Below are positions 1-12,043 of a DNA stretch of 64,000 bases, piece after piece. Under the pieces are notes generated by a model. The model was given only the letters and a program-made list of their open reading frames with translations, was not told the DNA's origin and did not search any database. The stretch is from Pecten maximus (lineage: Eukaryota). Positions within the stretch are counted from its first letter, which is position 1; each line of letters begins with the position of its first letter. The stretch lies in contig NC_047023.1 of NCBI RefSeq assembly GCF_902652985.1, forward strand, positions 8,990,001 to 9,054,000, read 5' to 3'. Both the position numbers and the translations under genes were made by a program.

Positions 1-486
1 TCCCTCTTAGTACAGCTCGATAACCGCAGTACTTCTAGAAATGGTTAATTACAGATTGATTGACTTAATTATTTCATCTATTAATTTTCACCTTTAAATT
101 GAAAACCAAATCCAAATATTCTTTGAGTTCGAACATCACGTCTATAAACGGGATTGTAAACACGAATGTACTCCAATTTAGTACAATTAGTTTTTGACAA
201 CAGAAGATTATAACCGTGATTTTGGGAGAACGAGTTGGCAGAGGCCTTACTGTGTGTTATAAGGAGGTATTCAGTCTATACATACATATAAGTACATCGC
301 TTTATCATGGTCGAGGGTACCTACTTATCAGGACCTCAATTCTTCAGATCTTGTTCCTACAAAGATCTGTGTAACACCCGGGGGGGACTTGCCAACTTCC
401 AATGGAGACGGTTGATCTACAAATATTTTGTCTTAAACATGGAAATGACATAAACATATATAAGTACATCGCTTTATCATCGCCAG

Positions 487-2630
487 TATTTATCTGGGTT
501 ATCGAGTTCATTACATTACTAATCTGAGTGATGAGTTCATTACATTATTTATCTGATGAGTTCATTACATTATTTATCTGGGTGATGAGTTCATTACATT
601 ATTTATCTTGGTGATGAGTTTGTTACATTATTTATCTGGGTGATGAGTTCATTACATTATTTATCTCTGTTATGAGTTCATTACATTATTTATCTGGGTG
701 ATGAGTTCATTACATTGTTTATCTCTGTGATGAGTTCATTACATTATTTATCTGATGAGTTCATTACATTATTTATCTGGGTGATGAGTTTATCACATTA
801 TTTATCTGGGTGATAAGTTCATTACATTATTTATCTGGGTGATGAGTTCATTACATTATTTATCTGGGTGATGAGTTTGGTACATTATATTATATCTGGT
901 GATGAGGTCTACATTATTTATCTTGGTGATTGAGTTATGTTACATTATTTATCTGGGTGATGAGTTCATTACATTATTTATCTTGGTGATGAGTTCATAT
1001 TACATTATTTATCTGGGTGATGAGTTCATTACATTATTTATCTGGGTGATGAGTTCATTACATTATTTATCTGGGTGATGAGTTCATTACATTATTTATC
1101 TGGGTGATGAGTTCATTACATTATTTATCTGGGTGATGAGTTCATTACATTATTTATCCTGGGGATGAGTTCATTACATTATTTATCTGGGGATGAGTTC
1201 ATTACAATTATTTATCTTGGGGTGATGAGTTTCATTACATTATTTATCTTGGTGATGAGTTCATTACATTATTTATCTTGGTGATGAGTTCATTACATTA
1301 TTTATCTGAGTTATGAGTTTATTACATTACTAATCTGGGTGATGAGTTAATTACATTATTTATCTGGGTGATGAGTTCATTACATTATTGATCTGGGTGA
1401 CGAGTTCATTACATTATTTATCTTGGTGATGAGTTCATTACATTATTTATCTCTGTGATGAGTTCATTACATTATTTATCTGAGTTATGAGTTTATTACA
1501 TTACTAATCTGGGTGATGAGTTAATTACATTATTGATCTGGGTGATGAGTTAATTACATTATTTATCTCTGTGATGAGTTCATTACATTATTTATCTCTG
1601 TGATGAGTTCATTACATTATTTATATGGGTGATGAGTTCATTACATTATTTATATGGGTGATGAGTTCATTACATTATTTATCTGGGTGATGAGTTCATT
1701 ACATTGTTTATCTGGGTGATGAGTTTATTACATTATTTATCTGGGTGATGAGTTCATTACATTATTTATATGGGTGATGAGTTCATTACATTATTTATCT
1801 GGGTGATGAGTTCATTACATTGTTTATCTGGGTGACGAGTTCATTACATTATTTATCTTGGTGATGAGTTCATTACATTATTTATCTCTGTGATGAGTTC
1901 ATTACATTATTTATCTGAGTTATGAGTTTATTACATTACTAATCTGGGTGATGAGTTAATTACATTATTGATCTGGGTGATGAGTTAATTACATTATTTA
2001 TCTCTGTGATGAGTTCATTACATTATTTATCTCTGTGATGAGTTCATTACATTATTTATATGGGTGATGAGTTCATTACATTATTTATATGGGTGATGAG
2101 TTCATTACATTATTTATCTGGGTGATGAGTTCATTACATTGTTTATCTGGGTGATGAGTTCATTACATTATTTATCTGGGTGATGAGTTTATTACATTAC
2201 TAATCTGGGTGATGAGTTAATTACATTATTGATCTGGGTGATGAGTTCATTACATTATTTATATGGGTGATGAGTTCATTACATTATTTATATGGGTGAT
2301 GAGTTCATTACATTATTTATATGGGTGATGAGTTCATTACATTATTTATCTGGGTGATGAGTTCATTACATTGTTTATCTGGGTGATGAGTTCATTACAT
2401 TATTTATCTGGGTGATGAGTTTATTACATTACTAATCTGGGTGATGAGTTCATTACATTATTTATCTGGGTGATGAGTTCATTACATTATTTATGTCTGT
2501 GATGAGTTCATTACATTATTTATCTGGGTGATGAGTTCATTACATTATTTATCTGATGAGTTCATTACATTATTTATCTCTGTGATGAGTTCATTACATT
2601 ATTTATCTGGGTGACGATTTCATTACATTT
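487..2630. repeat. Minisatellite, 29-bp unit (ctgggtgatgagttcattacattatttat), ~73 copies
   Basis: tgagttcatt recurs at 1021 and 1050 (period 29); variants tctgtg/tatggg/ttggtg; continuous array. Confidence 0.97.
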
Positions 2631-4065
2631 TTAGTTTATTACATTTTTTTATCAGGGTGATGTGTTAACATTGAGGATCTAAAATGTGTCCATAGTTAAG
2701 GATTGTTAATGTTTGCTTGGTTAATCAAGAAAAGGAAACAAATCCATTCTTTATGTAAAGAGGTGTTTTCATAATTTTTTAAAAAGTTACAGAAACTTTT
2801 AAGTAGATCATGTGTATTATAGGACTGCCAAATGTGAAAAAGAAAATTCAATACATTTTAGAATAAATACATGTACTGATCTTTGATTTCAATCTAAAGC
2901 TTTAATCCACTTGTATTACCAATTCTATATTGAATCAAAACTGAAATGAAAACAGTTATTGTAATAGACAAAATATTATTTCTCCATTTTCAACTAATAG
3001 AATTAATTGATATAGACAGACTAGGGTACAGGATTGTCGGGACCCCACATGCGGTACCACACCTTCAGCGGTACCTGGTACTGATCAATACCAACGTCAT
3101 ATCAATGACAGCTGACAAAAAAATTATACAGAAAAATTAAAGTTATCATTTTCATCGTGGACATTACGTACTTCATATCAGTGAAAACTTGTTTACGTAA
3201 AAAAAAACATATTTGTCATGGTCATAGAGTACTGGGGATCAAAAAATCTTGATCTAGATAAATATTCCACTGACAGGTCACACAAGCCAATCGTAGAATC
3301 AAAAGTTTATCAATGAAATGTGAAAATGGTATAGACCAGGTAGTGTAGTATGTTGGCTTTGGTATGATAGCATTTCTCTGACCTTGAGCGATACACTGGT
3401 ACACGACTAATTGTGAAGTGAAGGGTAGCACGAAATAAAGAAAATGAAAACAACAGGTTATGATTACGTGTTTATACGTCAGACGACCTCCCTGAGTATC
3501 GCACTATACCAGGTAACTCCAGAGTTCAGTACGTAATTCCAGAGCTCACAGACTAATCTCTTTAACAGATGACAGGAACATATTGTTGTTGGTGAATTTT
3601 TTTCAGCTGATGACGAAAGGTTAGCTTACGTACAGTTTTCTATCTCGGGTTAATTGGGGTGTATGCTTGTCCAGCTGTCGAGGTGCCAGTGTTTGGGCAG
3701 GATGTACTCCTAGAGTACCCCTGCAGTGTCAGGTGCCTTTGTACCCCAGATGTTTATCTATATGTCCACCTCTCAACAGTACATCTACACTTGTATGGAT
3801 GTCATTTAAACGTAGCCATTACACTGGTGAACAGTTGTGTATCGGGACATTCAGACTAGAAGTGTGTTGTTGTACGTCTACAAGTATATGTTGGAATTTA
3901 AAAAAGACATGAGGATTTTAGAGGGCACAAGGATGGTTTTTTGTATTAGTCATACTTTTATTAAAATTGTTAGGGCATATTTATTACCATATTTCTGAAA
4001 TGATGTGTTACAACATTTCAGTGATGTATCACTTGGTATAGAAGATTTTTGATAAAAATGTCAAA

Positions 4066-4335
4066 TGACATTATGACAGTACTATAAAGTATGTGACATT
4101 TCAGTGACACAGCACTTTAAAGTCACATGTCTGTGAGACAACACTAAAAAGTGTGTGATATTTCAGTGATACAGCACTATAATGTGTGTAACATTTCAGT
4201 GATACAGCACTATAAAGTGTGTAACATTTCAGTAAGACAACACTATAAAGTATGTGTCATTTCAGTAAGACAGCACTATAAGTAAATGTGATATTTCTGT
4301 GAGACAACACTATAAAGTAATTGTGATATTTCAGT
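4066..4335. repeat. Degenerate minisatellite, 33-bp unit (catttcagtgatacagcactataaagtgtgtaa), ~8 copies
   Basis: tttcagt at 4161 and 4194 (period 33). Confidence 0.9.
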
Positions 4336-5408
4336 GGAAACCAATGTATAATAGTCTCAATAAAGAAATGAACTTAGTTAATTATAATGCTACAGATATT
4401 ATAGCCATAGGTCACCAAAATACCTATAGAATGTTTTCCATGACATCCATACAGGAATTTACAGTTAGATTGATGACCACCAAATAATGAATACTTTTCA
4501 TCAACAGTATTGTATTTCATGTATGTCATGACCAGCAAATACTGAAACTGACACCAATCAAGCCTTTTGTACATTTCAATGACCTCTCAAATGTCTGTAT
4601 ATCATTAGGTCCCTAGTGACATCACACCTGTGGCTGTGTTACCTGTTAGATATATCTTTGAGGTATTTCTCTATTGTTTCCATGATAACTGATCTTTTGT
4701 TTCACACACAATGGAAGTATATTGAATATTATACACATACAAAAAAAACAGAAAAGATATATAATCTTTTAGGTGCGGCCTTTGAAGAATTCTGAATATT
4801 TGAACTGTAAAGTGTTAAAATGCGAGTTTCGTGGCATAATTTAACACCTATACACCCTTGACCTTGGGCAGTAATATTATAAAGACGTATTGATGTATTA
4901 GGACTTTGTCAGTGGTACTTAGGGTGCCAGTCCCGTGTATGGTACCATCTAGACCTCTATCTAGTTAAAACCACAGTTATAAGAGCTTTATACGCGATGG
5001 AAATAAAACCGATTTTACTGACCCAAACTTCTGATGAAATGTTTTGACTGTTTTTATTCGTATTACATTGATAAACTTACCAGGTGAGAATAGAAATATG
5101 ATCATTATTGATAGGTAAATGTGAAATTGGGTGGCGTTCATGCTCTGTTGGAGTGACATAAAAGGTATAGAGATGGGCTGTGAGACTAGCTGCACCCCAT
5201 TACACTTATCATCATCTGCCCATTGTTGTAACTGTGACTTTTATGACTTACCGGAGTTATACCCAGGTACACACCGCAACTTAAGGCTACCTTGGCTAGT
5301 ACTTAAGACTAGTAAGATGGCTGAAGGAGGCAGCCAGGCACAATTGAAGCAGTTTTTACAGGTTTCTGTACCATGGTACACTTATGGTACACAAGTGAAG
5401 CATTCATA

Positions 5409-5455
5409 TGTCTCTGCCCCTCCCCACCATGGAAGGGAGGGGGGCATGTAGTGTT
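5409..5455 (+). mobile_element. Possible 5' terminal fragment of a HINE/DINE-1-like non-autonomous Helentron
   Basis: Imperfect palindrome gcccctcccc-accat-ggaagggaggggggc of the kind that opens the other HINE-like elements in this window; no body follows. Confidence 0.3.
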
Positions 5456-5549
5456 CAACAAGAGCAGTGCAATTGAAAACTTTACCTAAAAAACTACCCC
5501 CAAAAAATCTAAATGTTTAAAAAAAAATTACGAATGGAAATAATTTCAC

Positions 5550-5913
5550 AAATTACTAATCGGTTAGAAACAATTTCTTTTTAGCTTGATCTGTTGAGCA
5601 TAAGACAAGTAAATCAGCGGTCTGGACTTCGAACCCTATCAGGGGTAGTGGCTTAGATTTCATTTAATCAATTAATGCACTTATGTAGGGACCTAAGTAA
5701 AATATCAACCTTGCTCAACAAGCATCGCATTTCCCCTTGAACTTCCCTGGAGTATGTAACCCTGGTAAATACTAGTCACAATATTCTGCTCGGCTAGAGA
5801 GATCTTCTCTTTAGCTGGATCGGTTGAGCATAACACTAGTGAACCAGAGGTCCTGGGTTTGATCCCTAGCAGAGGCATTGAAATAATTGTTATTAATCAT
5901 GTGATCTGTTACA
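5550..5913 (+). mobile_element. Diverged pair of tRNA-containing LTR-like units (TRIM-like / Helenus-like); the second unit, 5755-5913, is bounded by tgtaac..gttaca
   Basis: Direct repeats ~231 bp apart: ttagcttgatctgttgagcataagacaagtaaatcagcggtc (5581) vs ttagctggatcggttgagcataacactagtgaaccagaggtc (5811). The second has a T-arm ctggg-tttgatc-cctag and anticodon loop ctAGTga. Confidence 0.6.
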
Positions 5914-6197
5914 AATCGCTGATGGCCAAATAGAGTGACTCAGTTTGTAATACGTCCAGAAAAATTTGACAGGCACATACAAATTTGTTAAATTTGCATA
6001 CCGTTAATTAAGCTACTGATGTTGTACTAGTTTGCTTTTGGTACAAGTGTTTTAAACTTTTGAAGTCTATTGTTTGAAGGAGACTGCAATTTAAATTAGG
6101 TGACGATGTTCTGAATTCTGATTGGCTGCTGTTCTCTCAAAAATAGATGTTCTATGTTTGGCTTGTCTGAAAATGCTGATGTTCAGGCTAAGTTTAA

Positions 6198-6279
6198 TCC
6201 TTTCACCCTACTGACCATATTGGACTTCAAATGATGAATGAATGGCAGAGTCCACTAAAGTTTCTTAGGGTTGAAAGGG
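6198..6279. mobile_element. ~82-bp MITE, piggyBac-like termini (TTAA|CCCTTT...AAAGGG|TTAA type)
   Basis: ttaa|tcctttcaccct...agggttgaaaggg|ctaa. A near-identical copy lies in inverted orientation at 61958-62040. Confidence 0.8.
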
Positions 6280-6489
6280 CTAAACATGGATGGAATCTAT
6301 GTATATAAGACCTCAGGAACTCTATCAATTCTGATTGGCTGTTTTCTATATACACATATACATAACATAGTAACAGAAATGACGAAGTAAGACAACTTTT
6401 TGACTCGTGCCCTGACCGAACCTCAATATATATATATATATATATATACAATAAAAACAAAAAACAAATATTTGATCCTTACGGACGGA

Positions 6490-6616
6490 ATATCAAAAAC
6501 GTGTTGTCAAGTCGATCCGTAAGTAGATATCAAAAACGTGTTGTCAAGTCGATCCGTAAGTAGATATTCAAAAATGTGTTGTCAAGTCGATCCGTAAGTA
6601 GATATTCAAAAACGTG
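6490..6616. repeat. Tandem repeat, 37-38-bp unit (atatcaaaaacgtgttgtcaagtcgatccgtaagtag) x3
   Basis: Three near-identical adjacent copies. Confidence 0.9.
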
Positions 6617-6669
6617 TAAATGTTTTTTGTAAGTCGTGACTTCAAATAAGTCATAAAGATAGATATAAA

Positions 6670-6887
6670 ACCTATATACCAACGCAGAATCTCGTAGTCC
6701 AGCTAGGTGTTTTTGGAGGTACGGTTCAGTAAGATAGCACTATAAAGTCTGCATCGGTTCATCACTATTACACGGATCGAGACAAACAAAAACATACTGC
6801 AGCCTCCCAAAACACACACACTCATCTCGCACACAGGGGACGCCATCCTTAAATGACCTTAGCTGTTTATGTCTTTAAACAAAACAA
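6670..6887 (+). mobile_element. SINE fragment (body and 3' tail)
   Basis: The 3' end ccttaaatgaccttagctgtt...taaacaaaacaa matches the tails of the SINEs at 16077 and 55161; the head is degraded. Confidence 0.55.
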
Positions 6888-9252
6888 GACCTAAACATCA
6901 TACTAAACATTTATTCCACTGATTGACAGTCTTTGTTCTCAGAGGTACCCTAGTTCTCAGGTTATTCACATCTGTCCCTACGAATGAGGTATAAAATGTA
7001 CTTTAAGATCATAATACATTCTGTACATCATTTAAGCCTGTAGATTTTTGTCTCAACCATATCTGTATTAGCCTGCCATTGTGATTTTTATCAGACCAAG
7101 TTTGTTTCAGAGCGTCACTGTACATTGTTCGTTTTCCTTTCCCCAGCCAACATACTTTGGCGGCATACATTTATTATCAAACTTGTATTCGTTCGCCAAA
7201 TTAATCTCAGCTTTCAACTTAATTGGTCTATATCTTCAGGCCAGTACTTTCTTCTAAGTGTTTTTGAAATTAATAATAGCATTTCAATATTTATCTTTAC
7301 ATTTCAACAATTGAAAATATGGCTTACTACCTTCTTATAATAAACAAACTCTTATCCAACTGTAAATTCGTGACTTCAAATAAGTCATAAAGATAAATAT
7401 ATAGAAGCTTTATGATTATGGTTTTCAGCGAAGCGTTAATAATTAAAGGGTACGTGTAATGAGATCTGACATTGCCAACGGGAAGTGCCAAAGTACTGTA
7501 ATGGATTTGGCGACATTTGGACAAACTGAAATAATTTCAATGTCATGAAAAGTTTTTTTTTAATGAAGATCAGGATATGAATACGAGTTTGTAATCATAT
7601 AAATTTTTTGTAGCCTTCTTTATCAGATGTAATATGAACTAGTTTCTAAAGATGGTAATTTTTAATTTTTTTTTTTATATATATAATACATTTTGATATT
7701 TCATATCCTGTTCAAACTCTTTATCAATCAAAGGTATTAAAAGTGCTTTGTATTTAATCAATTGTGAGTTTAAATAACCCATTAAGTGTAATTTAACCAA
7801 TCATTGATGATTTTACAATAGGGTATAATATTATGATTCATTTTTTTAAACGTCATATGTTAGGAAAACCAAGGTGTTGGTTTTATTGAGATGATTCAAG
7901 TCTGTGTACGCCTACCAATAAATAAACACTCGCTCGTTAGGATTAAGTGGGCAGGCCGATGGTCCATAAGTCTCGTTTAATCATTTCTCTCCATTTCTTA
8001 AGAGCTTATAGCGACAATTAGATTTTCAAGTGTGAATTTATTCTATTTTGATTTTTTCTTGCGATAGGTGTTCAGTTCTGTTATGAAACACACTGATATG
8101 ATTTGTAAATGTTTTTAAATGTTTTGAACTATATACCAGTCACAAAGGTTTGTAATACAACAGTTTATCAGAGGAATATAGGATAATATGTGCGGGTTCG
8201 TCTTGTAAAGATTAAAACTTGTGTATCAGAGACCTTGAAAAAGGACGAACAATAAAAATGGGATCAGTTTTGTATTTATTTCAATAAAATCAAAGATAAT
8301 TCCTATCACAATAAATACCAACAATTTAAAATAAAAACAAACAAATAGAACAAAGCACATAAGTATTTGGAAAATAAAAAGAAGGATCTTGACTGTAGCT
8401 AAGGGGCATAACAATGATAGCAAGGTTTGGAGATTTTAATCCGTGACGAATTACAAACCTGCGGTTGGAAGTGACCTAAAGCAGTAAACCTGAGTTTCTT
8501 TGATCGTATGATTAGTTTTAACCATGAGTCTTTTGCTGAAGGTCGCTATTTTAATCTTACTGAAGCACCTTCCAGACAAATAGCACATTAAAATACTTTT
8601 TGCGGCTTAGTTTTCTTTAATGTTTTGACGGCAAGTGAAAACGACTATTTGACTTTATGATAAAAACCTGTATGCATATATAAGGTCCTAATAGAGTGAA
8701 AACTATAAGATTACAGATAAAATACACAATGGGATTATAATTTCTTTTGAAGTTTTCGCTCTTTCTTGTGGTAAAAAATTCACACCTTCCCAGATACATT
8801 TCAGTGTCAATAGTAAGAGTCCTGCTTATTTTCATTCTCTCACGATAAATTTGAGGAGGGAAAATTGTGTTCTGTTCATGCATACTATCATTTGAATGTT
8901 TTTTTTCAAATATAATTGACAAAAATACACTGACATTATAACGAAACCGTAAATCAAACCAAAAATTGATTTAAGAATGCAAAACATTCAACAAAATAAA
9001 GATTTACATGGAGACTGCCAAAAAAGTATAAGACCATGTGTTCCGGAAGATTAAGCATCTTCTGCTTCATCGACAATACGTGCCAAACAAATCTAGATCA
9101 AATCAGGTTATAAGTCACAAAATCTAAATGAGAGGGTGCAATAATGGAGACACTAGGAAAATCAATAAGCATCAAACAAATCTGACTTCGATTTTCATAT
9201 TTAAGAAATAGAATATTTCAAAATACAATCTTGATGTTGATCATAAAACTTT

Positions 9253-9337
9253 ATTCCCGTGGTCTTCCATCAATCTACATATTCCCGTGGTCTTCCATCA
9301 ATCTACATATTCCCGTGGTCTTCCATCGATCTACATC
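9253..9337. repeat. 28-bp tandem triplication inside the Penelope-like relic
   Basis: attcccgtggtcttccatcaatctacat at 9253, 9281 and 9309. Confidence 0.9.
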
Positions 9338-9732
9338 TCGCGGAACGTTGTGTTGTTAATTTCTCCGTCAGTAGTCGAAATCTGTTATGGAATGATAATA
9401 GGAACATGCCCTTGAATATCAAATCAACTGAGATATATAATTACCCTAGGTATATATAGTGAATGCAGCAATGTTGCTATCAAGAAATGGAAAATTAACA
9501 AGCAGGAAATTGAAATCATCATGCATATCATACAGTTATAAGACTTCCCTGTTGTTATGTTGAAAGTAAAGATCGGGGTTAGCGACTGATGTTGAATTAT
9601 AAGTCTGTCGTGTCTTTGATTTCAGTTTCCTCAGGGTATGCTCCCATTGACATGTTCAAGGCATGTTTTGTTACTTACAGATAACACATCGTCGATACAC
9701 CTATAATGAAGGACTTTTTAAGATTTCTGTTA

Positions 9733-9874
9733 CTGTAAATGTGGTTATTGTCGCTGGGGGTATAATTTCGCGATTTTGATCGATAAACTGTATGAGTGGG
9801 GGAAATTTCCGCGATCAAAAGGACTCTGCGTAATTAGCGTAAATTCCCCCTTGGGGAAATTTCCACGTTTACAG
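9733..9874. mobile_element. 142-bp MITE with TA target duplication (Tc1/mariner-type ends), nested in the Penelope-like RT
   Basis: ta|ctgtaaatgtgg...ccacgtttacag|ta. It interrupts the RT between motif B' and the xIDD motif. Confidence 0.85.
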
Positions 9875-12043
9875 TACCTGTTCTGATAAGCTTTTTAATA
9901 AATCTATAATCAACCTCCTTATAAAACAAGTCGACCAACAGAGCTGCACCATTTGTTCCCATGAACACGCCAATAATCTGTGAAGATCTGGTCACCTGAA
10001 ACTCAACAAAGATGTTGTCAGTCAGACATTTTTTAAACATTCTCACTATTTCAACTTCAGTATATTATGAGCCTTATAGTCTTATGTTTTACGAAATATG
10101 CTCACATATAGTTCACATCTACATACATATAACATAGCATTGTTTGCCTTTCTTGGAAAAGTAAACTCGTTATAAGAGAAAGAATATTTTGATGGATGAA
10201 CTTTTTAGCAGCCGATGGTCAAGATTAACCGAAAGATCTTTGAAGTTTTTCAAAATCCACATTCTATTAACGGTACCCCGATAGGACTAATTATACAACC
10301 CGAACATAACTGTATTAAAAATGATATTTACATATGTTGATGTGCTGTCACCACTCTAGGACAATATTTGGATCTTGATTAAATCAGCTATAACCTGCAA
10401 CAGCTCAGTCCGTAGACCATGAGAGTAATGCTTCTCAAGTGTAAAAAGGTATTTTTGTTTAATCCCTTCAAGATGCAGTTTACGATTCTCATAAAGCTCA
10501 GATCGGGGACTATCTGGTGCTGTCATAGTTATGTCCTCGACCTTCACATTTTACCTGAATAGGTTGGGGTAGCATTTAACAGGCTTCCTGTAGATGGTCT
10601 GTGGGGTAGCCACCAGCTACAACAATACGATCAGCTGTCATAATGACCTGGGTGTTGACTAGGCACCAGAGACAAATAAAATAATATCAAAGTTAGATCT
10701 CTGTAGAAATTCTGCTTTCTTGGTTTGATGTATATATTTGATAGTACTCGGGTTAAATTTAGTTTGTCAGATTAACCCCAAGAATGTGAAATATTGTTAT
10801 ACCCATATCTGAAAATCAATTGTGATATCTTTAGTCATGCTCAACATAGTCACACAGCAGCAGGGTGTTGGTGACCAGTTGTCTGTGTATGCTAATTGCT
10901 TCCATACCGAATTCAACTTAAAACCAATTTTTTTTTAATCTAAAAAACGCATGCAATTTTTGAAAAAAAAAAATTTAATTAAATGGCAAGAGAAAGAAAG
11001 AGTATGAAATATCCATTTGAAAATTTGAGATTATCTGGTATTGCTGTCAAATATGTATGAACACATGAATAATTTCAGGAACTTTTTTTTTTTAAATCTG
11101 ACCAGCGAAGAGATATAGTTCTATAGATCAAAAACATTCAACAGGACTTAATGACATACATAAGGAGCATGTATTACACCGGCATCTTGTAGTTTGAGCA
11201 CATGTTTTTCATTTGTTTAAGGAAAACTGTAAACCGAGTTCATTAAATGTGTCGGGTTGCTGGGTGTATATGTACATCGGCATGCCTGTATTACACTTAC
11301 CTGGACAACGTATTGTTATGTACCGGGTAATATTTGCAAGTTATCACGTAACGCATTCTTATCCGAAAGCAAATATGAAACTGAGTCATCAAAATCAACA
11401 TTTGATAAATTTTTTTTTTTTAATCTTTAGAATTATAGCCGTAATATTTTCGGATTGAATTAAGATCGCAATTATTTCTAGCTGTACTTGTTTGCCCAAA
11501 AATCCCGTCAAACATATACCAAGTGTAAATAGTATGTTAGATCAACACTTGAACTGTATGTTCCTTAAGCGAACAGCTAGTGACGAAGGAATTTATAAGT
11601 GAAATTGTGAGAGGTTTACTGTAGTTGTATATCATCCAAAAACAATTGTGGCCATGGATATATTATATAATACACCATGATTAATTGGTCCACAGTTCTA
11701 ATGAGTACCCTTCTCGATAGCTACAGTAATTGTCCTTGTTGAAAACATACACCAGAGCATTGCTATGGAGGATAGATACCCAAGGCGTCCTGTAAAAAGA
11801 TCTGTATTGAAGAAGATTTTTTATGTCATGTGTCAACATTTGCTATCTGTTGATGTACCATGGAAGTTTTCTTTAAAAAAGAATTTACAAGCATGACGTT
11901 CAAGTAAGATTACAATTGCCTATCAATGATTCGTTCGGTCGTCATCCAATATACCCAGTTACTTTGAATCTAAGTCAAGGATAGATAGTATCTAGCATTT
12001 CCGTAAAAATTGTCTTTTTTTGGATATATATGGTATATAGGTA

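Larger units (their letters stand above)
9030..10280 (-). mobile_element. Decayed Penelope-like retroelement reverse transcriptase (frameshifts and stops)
   Basis: Minus-strand translation gives, in order and across frameshifts: NRMWILK, YTEVEIVRM..TDNIFVEF, GVFMGTNGAALLVDLF (motif B'), CIDDVLSV (degenerate YIDD), YPEETEIKDTT, LYDMHDDFNFLLVNFPFLDSNI, YISQLI*YSRACS. These are characteristic PLE-type RT blocks. Confidence 0.88.

Noticed and set aside
3607-3618. ctgatgacgaaa, hammerhead ribozyme core-like
   Set aside because: Only one base separates CUGAUGA and GAAA (no stem II), and I could not find stems I and III with a cleavage triplet.
5805-5878. Functional tRNA-Thr(AGT) gene; likewise tRNA-Ser(AGA) at 32401-32473
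   Set aside because: Mismatched stems, altered T-loop or D-arm, and embedding in TG..CA-bounded repeats indicate TE-borne tRNA-like sequence.
7640-8920. Possible very old LINE 3' remnants on the minus strand
   Set aside because: Only vague similarity; I could not recover diagnostic motifs by eye.
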